A stretch of 60,530 nt of DNA, filler included. It is 3 parts of 3 records of this genome, joined end to end, with 100 filler letters (N's around TTAATTAATTAA, not from the genome) between each part and the next. Parts side by side here need not be neighbours in the genome. Positions count along the whole stretch, not along the records: positions 1 to 12,236 come from DRR723986_1757; 2 more parts are not named here. One strand, given 5' to 3'. The translations under genes and the position numbers were made by a program. Numbering within the stretch: the first letter of the stretch is position 1; the number at the start of each line of letters is the position of its first letter. The notes under the pieces are model-generated. The model ran no database searches and was not told the origin of the DNA. It saw only the letters and a program-made list of their open reading frames with translations. This document shows positions 1-8,420 of this stretch, piece after piece.

Positions 1-19
1 TGAAGCCGGTACTACGAAC
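1..19 (-). repeat. REP copy (truncated at window edge), GTAG-type
   Basis: tgaagccggtactacgaac is identical to 729-747. The minus strand reads GTTC-GTAG-TACCGGCTTCA. Confidence 0.85.
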
Positions 20-66
20 TAGATGTGCTACGAACTAGATGTTGAGCACGATGATCAACTGCATTC

Positions 67-663
67 TTAAAGAACATCCCATTGGTCGCCGTAGTTAAGG
101 ACGGGGAACTCTTGCCAGAGTTCAACGAGCCAGTCACGGCCTTTATTTTCTAAGTACCAGTGGTAGCTGGAATACGCCCAGTTGCCCCACTTGTCGACGT
201 AACCATGCTTCACTGGGTTGTTGTGGATGTAGTTCAGAGTGGTGAAATAGTGTCGCTCGCTTCGCATGACTCGGTCTGTGCAGCGAAACCAGACTTGACG
301 GCCTTGCTGTTTGTCTTCTTTGTTCATCTCGAACGAAGTGCGACCGTGGAGTAGTCCTTGAGCTTGGGTGAATGACTTGATGTCAGGAATCTTGACAAGC
401 ACGTGATAGTGGTTGAGAAGGATCACCCACGCAGCGACCGCGAGTGATTGTTGTCGCAAGTGGTCAAGGAGCTGTCGCTCGAACCATTTCAAACGAACAG
501 TCGTTGCCAGAATAGGTTGGTGTTCAAAACACGTGCCGGTAATGATCCGGTAGGCGTCTGGTTCAGAAACGTGTGGTGGACTGTGCAAAGGGAATCCGTA
601 CGCGACTCGCTCTCTTAGAGCGGCGGCTTGTTTTTCAGAGCTCCATTTGCGGTAGTGGTACAT
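67..663 (-). mobile_element. REP-associated tyrosine transposase (RAYT, Y1 HUH family)
   Basis: 198 aa. HUH motif NHYHVL, catalytic YIHNNPVKHG, C-terminal WAYSSY, and REP palindromes on both sides. Confidence 0.9.
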
Positions 664-671
664 CGTTTCTT

Positions 672-747
672 GTTTGTAGTACCGGCTTTAGCCAGAAATC
701 TTCATGCTCATTTGCGCTTGTTTCCGGCTGAAGCCGGTACTACGAAC
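672..747. repeat. REP doublet (REPIN) 1
   Basis: 672-698 gtttGTAGtaccggctttagccagaaa and 721-747 tttccggctgaagccggtaCTACgaac form an inverted pair. Confidence 0.9.
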
Positions 748-780
748 TAGGTAGCCAAACAGATGCAACGGCCTATTACA

Positions 781-856
781 GTTTGTAGTACCGCCTTTAG
801 GCGGAATTCTTCAGACTTTTGTGAGCTCGTTTCCGGCTGAAGCCGGCACTACGAAC
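781..856. repeat. REP doublet (REPIN) 2
   Basis: 781-807 gtttGTAGtaccgcctttaggcggaat and 830-856 tttccggctgaagccggcaCTACgaac form an inverted pair with the same 76-bp span as doublet 1. Confidence 0.9.
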
Positions 857-1904
857 CAGTTGAACTACGGACTAGATGTACGGAAGTGTTCATCAGCTCG
901 ACCAGTTCGGGCAACGACTTTTTCATTGGGAGTTGGGCAACGCCGAGAATTCGGCGGAGAATCTCCACGCCAGCGAACTGCTTTGCCAGTGGCCAGGAAA
1001 TGTCGTAACCTGCTGCTTCAGCGAGTTTGAAAAGCTGCGCATCAGCCTCAGAAAAGCCTGCCAGAAGTAGGTGTGCGAGCATCACACCTACGTCGAATTC
1101 GGGCGGACCAGCGAAACAGAACTCCGGGTCAATCACGCGAACGCCTCGCTCGGTTGCAAGCCAACTACCTGGATAATAGTCACCGTGCAGTAAGCAATCT
1201 CCGCTGCCAAGGTAGCGTTGCCCCAATACGTCAATCTTTTTGCGCAGCCCTGCGTCTGTGCGAATCTGCAAACTCGCAGCACCCAGCCCCTCGCAGACTT
1301 CGTCGAGGTTCAATGGAGCCGTTTCGTGAAACGGCAGATCGAAGATGTGTTGGTGGTTTAGCTTTCGCAATGCAACGTTGTCGAACGCCCGCAAAGCTGA
1401 ACTGCCACCCGACTTCTGGTGCAATTGCATCAACCATTGAAACAGCTCGCAGATCTCATCGGGCAACCGCTCCTGTCCCTGCGGCGATTGGTAGAGAGAC
1501 TGTAAGTCCGACGCGGCACCGAGATCCTCCAGAACAATCAAGTGCTGTTTTGGCACGGAAGCCAGTAGCCGTGGCATCGCGACGGCGAGTTGGCTGTGCT
1601 GCTGAATAAACTCGTAAAAGAATCGCTCGTAATCAATCCGATCAATCGGAGCAGGTATGAAATCGTACTTGGCTACATAAGGCCTCGATTGCTTCACAAT
1701 CCAGCTCGCCCCGCTCGCCTCAGCCTCGGCGCGTAGGGTCACGTTCATGTTGCCTTCGCCAGCGGGAGAAAGCATAACGGGTGCGTCTGCGGTGGTTAGC
1801 AATTGCAAGTTCGTCAGAAGCGTCGCGACCTCCCGTTCCGAGGACAAGTCAATCCACTTAACGTGGTCAGCCAGCGGTTGAGGAAGTGTGCGATCGTCGG
1901 TCAT
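849..1904 (-). CDS. Methylthioribose-kinase-like / APH-family phosphotransferase
   Basis: Motifs GEGNMN, IVKQSRPY, LLHGDYYPGS and VIDPEFCFAGPPEFDVG match the MtnK-like kinase fold. Confidence 0.8.
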   Translation of the reverse strand: MTDDRTLPQPLADHVKWIDLSSEREVATLLTNLQLLTTADAPVMLSPAGEGNMNVTLRAEAEASGASWIVKQSRPYVAKYDFIPAPIDRIDYERFFYEFIQQHSQLAVAMPRLLASVPKQHLIVLEDLGAASDLQSLYQSPQGQERLPDEICELFQWLMQLHQKSGGSSALRAFDNVALRKLNHQHIFDLPFHETAPLNLDEVCEGLGAASLQIRTDAGLRKKIDVLGQRYLGSGDCLLHGDYYPGSWLATERGVRVIDPEFCFAGPPEFDVGVMLAHLLLAGFSEADAQLFKLAEAAGYDISWPLAKQFAGVEILRRILGVAQLPMKKSLPELVELMNTSVHLVRSSTGS

Positions 1905-1910
1905 GCGTGT

Positions 1911-3287
1911 TTACTCAGGTGATTTATCTTGTGTGCCGCCGCTCAAGTCGGCTAATCGGTCAAATTCATCGCACCACTGATTGAGATCTTCTTGATAGTC
2001 TTGTTTCAGTCGGTCTGTTACGGGGGCACGCCACGAAACGGGGAAAACTTCCACACCATCCAGGGCTCCGATGATGGCACCGAGCACTTGGGCATACGAG
2101 TCGGTATCGTGGCCGAAGTCCAGGCATAGGTGCATTGCGGCCAGCGAATCGTACTTGCACAGCTTCAGGATGCACAACGGAACCAGTAGCGTAAAGTGAG
2201 CATCCCACCAAAACACAGGTTTGCCGTCGGTTTCCAGGAGCTCGTAAAGTCGCTTCGGACTTCCATCTGCTTTGGTGACAATACGCTCTACCAAATCGAG
2301 CCAGCGGTGAAGCTGCCGCCCAGCAAAGGGCACTTTGTCGTACTGAAACGGATCGGTGTTGCGGAGCGATGATTCGAACTGATCGATTCGATCCTGTCTG
2401 TCAACTGCTTTACCGACGCTCGGATTGTCTGGGCTAAGCACTGAAGCCAACGCGGCAACAAGAGCGGAGCAGATGTCACGGGCAATCGGTGCATCGATGA
2501 AGTCGAGTTCATAGCACGCGCGGTAGGCTCGAGATGGCTGATCCGGGAAAGCTGCAGCCAGCCCGAGGAACATCATTTGTCCCGAACAGTTGTTCACGCC
2601 TGCCCAAAGCCGAGATAGTGGCCGAGCTTTGTCAGGAGCCCGCTCTCCGAGCAACCAGTGGGAGGCGTAACGATATTCACGAAACCCTTCTTCGTTTAAC
2701 TTGCCAATTTCAGGAGCGTCGGGCGTGTTTGCGATGCATCGAAATGACAGGAAGGAACGGGCTATATCCTGATCTACCGGCAGCCGAGATTGAGAGATCG
2801 CCGTCCGAAACGCACGCTGCAAGACAATTTTGTGCCGCGAGTCGTCTGTGATGGTCCCCGGCGGAGCATTGTTGGGCCATTGTCCGTAAGGAGCTGGCTG
2901 CGGACGCAGTTCCGCATAGCTTGGCATATCAATAGGAACCGACAGCTCACGCAGCGTCGTTGCGTCCAGCTTGCGATCTTCTGGCCAGTCGCGAGCTGAA
3001 GCGGTTACGTGACGAACTTTGTCGCGATCGGCGAATTCAACTGGGCCGCCCAGCGCGTCGCCAATCAGCGCACCGATCAGCAGCCCCAACTGTCGTTCAC
3101 GAAGAGTCGTATGCCCCGGTTCGTCAGGCGAGAATTGCTCGTTGGCCAACAAGTGCTCCGCAGCCGATAGTTGCCTGAGGTGAAGCAGGCTTGCTCCGCA
3201 TGCTAAGCCAGCCGGTCTCAGCACCTGCCGCAGGAAGTCGCGACGCACGGAATCGGATGGGGGCACTGATGTCTGCACCGGAGTCAC
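1911..3287 (-). CDS. ADP-ribosylglycohydrolase family protein with Tat signal
   Basis: GALIGDALGGPVEF, TDDS and GHDTDS metal motifs. N-terminal RRDFL twin-arginine motif. Confidence 0.85.
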   Translation of the reverse strand: MTPVQTSVPPSDSVRRDFLRQVLRPAGLACGASLLHLRQLSAAEHLLANEQFSPDEPGHTTLRERQLGLLIGALIGDALGGPVEFADRDKVRHVTASARDWPEDRKLDATTLRELSVPIDMPSYAELRPQPAPYGQWPNNAPPGTITDDSRHKIVLQRAFRTAISQSRLPVDQDIARSFLSFRCIANTPDAPEIGKLNEEGFREYRYASHWLLGERAPDKARPLSRLWAGVNNCSGQMMFLGLAAAFPDQPSRAYRACYELDFIDAPIARDICSALVAALASVLSPDNPSVGKAVDRQDRIDQFESSLRNTDPFQYDKVPFAGRQLHRWLDLVERIVTKADGSPKRLYELLETDGKPVFWWDAHFTLLVPLCILKLCKYDSLAAMHLCLDFGHDTDSYAQVLGAIIGALDGVEVFPVSWRAPVTDRLKQDYQEDLNQWCDEFDRLADLSGGTQDKSPE

Positions 3288-3391
3288 CGCCGTTGTTGGA
3301 TTTCGGTTGCGGATGCTGCGCGTTCATTGGCTACTTTGCAAAGGGCCGATGATTGGCAGTTTGCAACAGCAGGTGCCTAGTACGGGCTGCG

Positions 3392-4393
3392 CTACATACC
3401 ACGGCGAGCTAGGATGTCGTCGAAGTCGGTCAGGTGGTAAGGCAAACCGACATAGTCCAACAGCTTGCAAAGGCTGCGGAGGGCAACGCCGAAGCCGTCG
3501 GGCCCGCTGAAGCCGCCAAACTGCCCGCCACCTTTGACGTGTGGTTCCAAGTCGAAGACGACGCCAGGAGCTCCAAGCTTTTCCATCCGCTTTTGGATTT
3601 TCGGCAATTCACTTTTAAGGTCACGCAAGATGGCTTCGTGGCCAGAATCGCCGATGTCCGACGGAACAAAGTTCTTCAGAGACGCTTCATCAATGTGCTG
3701 AATACGTCCGCCGCCAGAATGTCGATAGTCCTTAATATGAAGCCACCCAAGTCCCGGCTTCATCGCGGTGTATTCGTCGAACACCTCGTCTGGCGTCATG
3801 CCTTGGCAGACAAGATTTGCACCGTCAAAAATCAAGACCAACGACTTGTGCCGAACCTGCTTGTGGATCTTGGCGAGCAACTTACCTGTCTGTCCTACAA
3901 GGTTGGCCTCGACCTCGAGCCCGAAGACGAGCCCCTCTTTTTCACACAAATCAGCAACTTGCCCAAGTTGGTCGACGACCTGTGAAATATGGTCTTCTGG
4001 ATCAGTGCCAACCGGATGATAGAACGAAAAACCTCGCAACAGCTTTGTGCCAAGTGTGTTTGCTACGTCGCAGGCGTGCTGCACGTCTTTCTTCAGATAG
4101 GTCTTGAAGGGAGTGTAAGCGTTCTTCGTGCCGTCATCGACGTCCAGCAGTTTCACTTTACCAATCGGTGAACCGAGTGTTGCGACACTGAGGTCATACT
4201 TCTTCTGAAGCGAAACGACCTTCTTTAGCTCGGCTTTCGTCAGAGCCATCGCATTCTTGATTCCGTTTCCTACGTCGATAAACCGAACCGAGTAATGGCT
4301 CAAGCCAGCGGCAGCGAGCGCGGCAAACTGCTGCTCGGCACTCTTGTCGATGGACGCTTCGTCGGCAAAACCGCTGAGAAGGATTGGTTTCAT
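3392..4393 (-). CDS. Sugar phosphate isomerase/epimerase (xylose isomerase-like TIM barrel)
   Basis: Motifs LSGFADE, GSPIGK, LEVE, FDGAN, HIKD and LEPH. Confidence 0.8.
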   Translation of the reverse strand: MKPILLSGFADEASIDKSAEQQFAALAAAGLSHYSVRFIDVGNGIKNAMALTKAELKKVVSLQKKYDLSVATLGSPIGKVKLLDVDDGTKNAYTPFKTYLKKDVQHACDVANTLGTKLLRGFSFYHPVGTDPEDHISQVVDQLGQVADLCEKEGLVFGLEVEANLVGQTGKLLAKIHKQVRHKSLVLIFDGANLVCQGMTPDEVFDEYTAMKPGLGWLHIKDYRHSGGGRIQHIDEASLKNFVPSDIGDSGHEAILRDLKSELPKIQKRMEKLGAPGVVFDLEPHVKGGGQFGGFSGPDGFGVALRSLCKLLDYVGLPYHLTDFDDILARRGM

Positions 4394-4562
4394 AGCTTGA
4401 TGTGTTTCGTGAAGGGGGATTTTGCTAAGTGTGTTTGTGCGACGCGGTATTCACGTCCCCGGATACTGCTGGCAAAAAACGGTACTCGCCCAGTCGGCGG
4501 TGCTTCTACGGTTGGCTAGACCTGGAATAACACTCGGGACGATCGGCTCGGCGGATGAGAGC

Positions 4563-4922
4563 CTAAGTTGTTGCTTCGTAATGGACGCGAATGTTGGAGG
4601 TGATGCCGCCACGAGCCCCCCACTGGCTTTCCAATGTCGCTCGCTTGGGCTGACAGACCTCGACGAAATCGTCAAAAATTCGATTCGTCACATTCTCGTA
4701 AAAGATACCTTCGTTGCGGAATTTCTGCAGGTACAACTTTAGGCTCTTGAGCTCAACGCACTTATCAGCCGGGACGTATTTGAACACCAAAGTGCCAAAG
4801 TCCGGCTGCCCGGTCTTAGGGCAAATGGACGTGAATTCTGGGCAAGTTATCTCGATTTCGTACTCGCGCCCAGGAAAACTATTCTCGAATACTTCGAGTT
4901 GATCTTGAAAGGGTGTAGCCAC
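4563..4922 (-). CDS. queF: preQ0 reductase QueF (type I)
   Basis: EFTSICPKTGQPDFG and ELKSLKLYL signature motifs. Confidence 0.95.
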   Translation of the reverse strand: MATPFQDQLEVFENSFPGREYEIEITCPEFTSICPKTGQPDFGTLVFKYVPADKCVELKSLKLYLQKFRNEGIFYENVTNRIFDDFVEVCQPKRATLESQWGARGGITSNIRVHYEATT

Positions 4923-5103
4923 GGGGGAGAATTCTCCGGTGAGAAAGTGGTCAAATTCAATGCAAAAGCCGGGCGGCTAGAACTCGAATTAGCAAGTTCG
5001 CTCTGCCCCGCGTGCTCGAAAGAGCGTTGCAGCCCTACAGCTCGCGCTGCGTCGATACTGAGTTCGGCTAGAAGAACGCCTTCGAAAGTAATTTTGCTTG
5101 AGT

Positions 5104-5868
5104 ATGAAAGACGTGGAAGCGAACCGAAAGGGGGGCAAGATCAGGATCAGCGAAATCTATGCCAGCCTACAAGGTGAAGGGGTCCTAACGGGCACTCCCA
5201 GCACCTTTCTTAGGACGAGCGGCTGCAACCTGCGATGCTGGTTCTGTGATACGCCATTCGCGTCTTGGAGCCCCGAGGGAGAGTTCCTAACGATCGACGA
5301 GATCTGCTCACGCGTCTCAGAATGGAATGACCAGCATATCGTCGTCACCGGCGGTGAGCCAATGATCTACAACTCGCTGCCTGACCTGTGTGACCGGCTG
5401 AGCGAACAGACACGACATATCACCATCGAGACATCGGGAACCGTCTTCCATAACCTCCGATGCGACTTGATGAGCATCAGTCCAAAGCTCAGTCGATCTG
5501 GCCCCGAGCATTCTGTTCACCATCCGGGTGCGCCGAACCGCAACGACAGTTCGAAAATCCCAGCATCTTGGGCGTCGCAACATGAGCGTCGGAGGAAGTC
5601 ACGCGATATCGTGTCGCGTTTGATCGACCGCTATGAATATCAGCTCAAGTTTGTCGTCGACGACAATCAGGATGCTGATGAAGTCCTTCGTTATGTCGAT
5701 GCCCTAGACGTCTGCGACCGCTCTCGCGTGCTAGTCATGCCACAGGGCACCGACCAAGCCACGCTACAGGAGCAGGAGGAGTGGTTGATGCCTTGGTGCC
5801 AAGCGCATCAGCTCCGATTCTGCCCAAGAGCCCACATTGCTTGGTACGGTAACAAACGAGGAACTTAG
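5104..5868 (+). CDS. queE: 7-carboxy-7-deazaguanine synthase QueE (radical SAM)
   Basis: Motifs SLQGEG, CNLRCWFCDT, TGGEP, IETSGT and SISPK. Start may be TTG at 5098. Confidence 0.92.
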   Translation: MKDVEANRKGGKIRISEIYASLQGEGVLTGTPSTFLRTSGCNLRCWFCDTPFASWSPEGEFLTIDEICSRVSEWNDQHIVVTGGEPMIYNSLPDLCDRLSEQTRHITIETSGTVFHNLRCDLMSISPKLSRSGPEHSVHHPGAPNRNDSSKIPASWASQHERRRKSRDIVSRLIDRYEYQLKFVVDDNQDADEVLRYVDALDVCDRSRVLVMPQGTDQATLQEQEEWLMPWCQAHQLRFCPRAHIAWYGNKRGT

Positions 5869-5877
5869 TGTTGCAAG

Positions 5878-6672
5878 CTAGCGTGCCGGTGGGCGAAAAC
5901 CGTACTCTGCATACCGACGCATGCCGCCTGTCTCGGATGCGATGAAATCTGCAAAATCTCTTGCAAGATCAACGTTGCCCGATGAATTGAGCTGGCAAAC
6001 ATGAACCTGGGATGTTGCACGCTCTAGCTCAGGCACGCGGATTTGTTTCAGCTTTGGATAGCTATGCAGAAGCGAGTCGTAGACGATGCCTGCGTCGGCA
6101 GCACCGATCAAGACGTCATTGGCCACATCTGTAACCATCGTTCGGTAAGCTGTTGTGCGAGCGTTGAGCGCCTGCCAGAGCCCTGATCCGCTAAGGGCGC
6201 GCTTGGTAGCCCTACCGATGGCCGCAACACTTGGGTCTGCCTGAACCAACCTTGCATCACTAGCAATCAGCTCTTCCAGTGAGTCAATGCGAAGGCTCTC
6301 GTTATTGGCTCTAGCAACGACAAGCACTGGAGTCTGTCGGGCCACGCAGACCGAGGTGCTACACAGTCCCTTCGCTTGAGCAAGCTCCGCGTAGGCTGAG
6401 TCTGCGGGCAAGTACAGGTCGCCCACGCCTGTAATTTCAATCGCGCCGAGCAGCGTTTGCGATGCTCCATACTGAACGACTACGCTACGTCCAGTTTCCA
6501 AATAATAGTCACGAACAATCTGATCCATCACGGCTCGGTTGCTTGCCGCGCAGAAGACTCGAATCGCCTCAGGTTGGGAGCCGTTGTGACTGCCAAACTC
6601 ACGCGACATCAAGTACGTCGCCGCGGCCAGGACGATAAGACTCGTAGTTGATATCGCGACCAGAGACCGCAT
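5878..6672 (-). CDS. modA: Molybdate ABC transporter substrate-binding protein (ModA-like)
   Basis: N-terminal hydrophobic segment; motifs FCAAS, YGASQTL, DLYLPAD and ADAGIVY. Confidence 0.75.
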   Translation of the reverse strand: MRSLVAISTTSLIVLAAATYLMSREFGSHNGSQPEAIRVFCAASNRAVMDQIVRDYYLETGRSVVVQYGASQTLLGAIEITGVGDLYLPADSAYAELAQAKGLCSTSVCVARQTPVLVVARANNESLRIDSLEELIASDARLVQADPSVAAIGRATKRALSGSGLWQALNARTTAYRTMVTDVANDVLIGAADAGIVYDSLLHSYPKLKQIRVPELERATSQVHVCQLNSSGNVDLARDFADFIASETGGMRRYAEYGFRPPAR

Positions 6673-6811
6673 CTTTGCCCTTCAGAATTGCGGCGTTCTT
6701 GCCTGGCGATTGGACTGCGCAGCCGTGCACGTTACGCGGGCCGCTTTTCGTCTACAATGATACGGTCGCAAGTCAAACAGTGCAGCCGCCCAAACATATC
6801 TTGAACAAGCC

Positions 6812-8335
6812 ATGTTTCGAAAACCAATCAACAGAGTCAACATAGAGCGAAACGCTGTCGCTCCTTCTCCCCAAGGCCCGGCACTCGAAGTCGCTGTGCC
6901 TGCTGGCGAAGTCGCTGCGTCTACGGGTGAGGTTGCTGCGCCCGCTGGCCGGCGTTGGTTTATTGGGCAGTGTGGAGTTGGGTTGGGGCACCTTGCTCTG
7001 GCCTCGCTCGCGGCTCGGCAATCCAGCGCAAACGATGAGATTGGCGGCAATCCACTGGCGGTCAAGCAGCCGCATTTTCCGGCGAAGATCAAGAACGTTA
7101 TCTTCCTTTTTATGGGAGGCGGGCCGAGTCAGTTCGAGCTCTTCGACAACAAACCGACGTTAGCAAGACTCGACGGAACACTACCGCCGGCAGAAATCCT
7201 GGACGGCTATCGGGCTGCTTTCATCAACCCGAATTCAAAACTCCTGGGGCCCAAATTCGGATTCGCGAAACATGGCCAAGCAGGGACGGAGATCTCTGAG
7301 TTGCTGCCGCACACGGCAGGCATCTTGGATGATATCTGCCTCATCCGATCGATGAAGACCGATGCCTTCAATCACGCGCCCGCCCAGTTGATGATGAGCA
7401 CCGGATCGCAGCAGTTCGGTCGGCCAAGTTTCGGTTCCTGGGTAACGTATGGCCTGGGCAGTGAGTCCGAAGATCTCCCCGCGTTCATCGTAATGAATAG
7501 TGGAAAGAAGGGGCCAAGTGCGGGTAGCGGCAATTGGAATTCTGGATTCCTACCCACGTTGCATTCGGGAGTTGAATTTCGAAGTAGCGGTGATCCCGTA
7601 CTTTACCTATCGAACCCAGCCGGGATTGATCGTACCGCACAGCGGCAGAGCCTGGACGCGCTCAACAAACTGAATCGCAGCAGACTGGACTTGGTGGGCG
7701 ACCCCGAGATTGCAACTCGAATCAACTCCTACGAGATGGCGTTCCGGATGCAATCGGCTGCCCCCGAGGTAACGGACATTTCACGCGAGCCCGATCATAT
7801 ATTGAAGATGTACGGCGCGGAGCCTGGAAAGATGTCGTTCGCAAACAATTGTTTGCTAGCCCGACGATTGATTCAAAAGGGCGTTCGATTCGTTGAGCTG
7901 TTCCATGAATCCTGGGACCAACATGGCGGACTAAAACGCGAACTGCCGAAGAATTGCAAAGCGACCGATCAAGCCAGCGCGGCGTTGATCAAGGACCTCA
8001 AGCAACAAGGGCTCCTGGACGAAACACTTGTGATTTGGGGAGGCGAATTCGGAAGGACGCCGATGGTCCAAGGTGGAAACGACGGACGCGATCACCACCC
8101 GAATTCATTCTCGCTATGGCTCGCAGGCGGTGGCATCAAGCCGGGCATGGCTTACGGGAGCACCGATGATCTTGGATTCAACGTTGCTGAGAACCAGGTT
8201 CACGTTCACGACCTACACGCTACCCTGCTGCATTTACTGGGCTTTGACCACCGGCGGCTCACGTATCGATTCCAGGGACGAGACTATCGCTTGACTGATG
8301 TGCATGGGCATGTTGTCAAAGACATCTTAGCATAG
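6812..8335 (+). CDS. DUF1501 domain protein (sulfatase-like, Tat signal)
   Basis: RRWF Tat-like motif; VIFLFMGGGPSQFELFD, WDQHG, WGGEFGRTP, GRDHH and RLTDVHG. Confidence 0.9.
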   Translation: MFRKPINRVNIERNAVAPSPQGPALEVAVPAGEVAASTGEVAAPAGRRWFIGQCGVGLGHLALASLAARQSSANDEIGGNPLAVKQPHFPAKIKNVIFLFMGGGPSQFELFDNKPTLARLDGTLPPAEILDGYRAAFINPNSKLLGPKFGFAKHGQAGTEISELLPHTAGILDDICLIRSMKTDAFNHAPAQLMMSTGSQQFGRPSFGSWVTYGLGSESEDLPAFIVMNSGKKGPSAGSGNWNSGFLPTLHSGVEFRSSGDPVLYLSNPAGIDRTAQRQSLDALNKLNRSRLDLVGDPEIATRINSYEMAFRMQSAAPEVTDISREPDHILKMYGAEPGKMSFANNCLLARRLIQKGVRFVELFHESWDQHGGLKRELPKNCKATDQASAALIKDLKQQGLLDETLVIWGGEFGRTPMVQGGNDGRDHHPNSFSLWLAGGGIKPGMAYGSTDDLGFNVAENQVHVHDLHATLLHLLGFDHRRLTYRFQGRDYRLTDVHGHVVKDILA

Positions 8336-8420
8336 CAAGCCACTGCACCTAATTGCGTCACCTCGTGCGTCCAATGCAATCCACCTTTTGAAAAACCTCT
8401 CGGAGCTATCGTCACTCGCC

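Noticed and set aside
672..880. CRISPR array
   Set aside because: The repeats alternate in orientation, are GTAG hairpins beside a RAYT, and no cas genes are present.
4563..5868. 7-deazaguanine DNA-modification (dpd) island
   Set aside because: No dpdA/tgtA5 or other dpd genes; queF points to tRNA queuosine.
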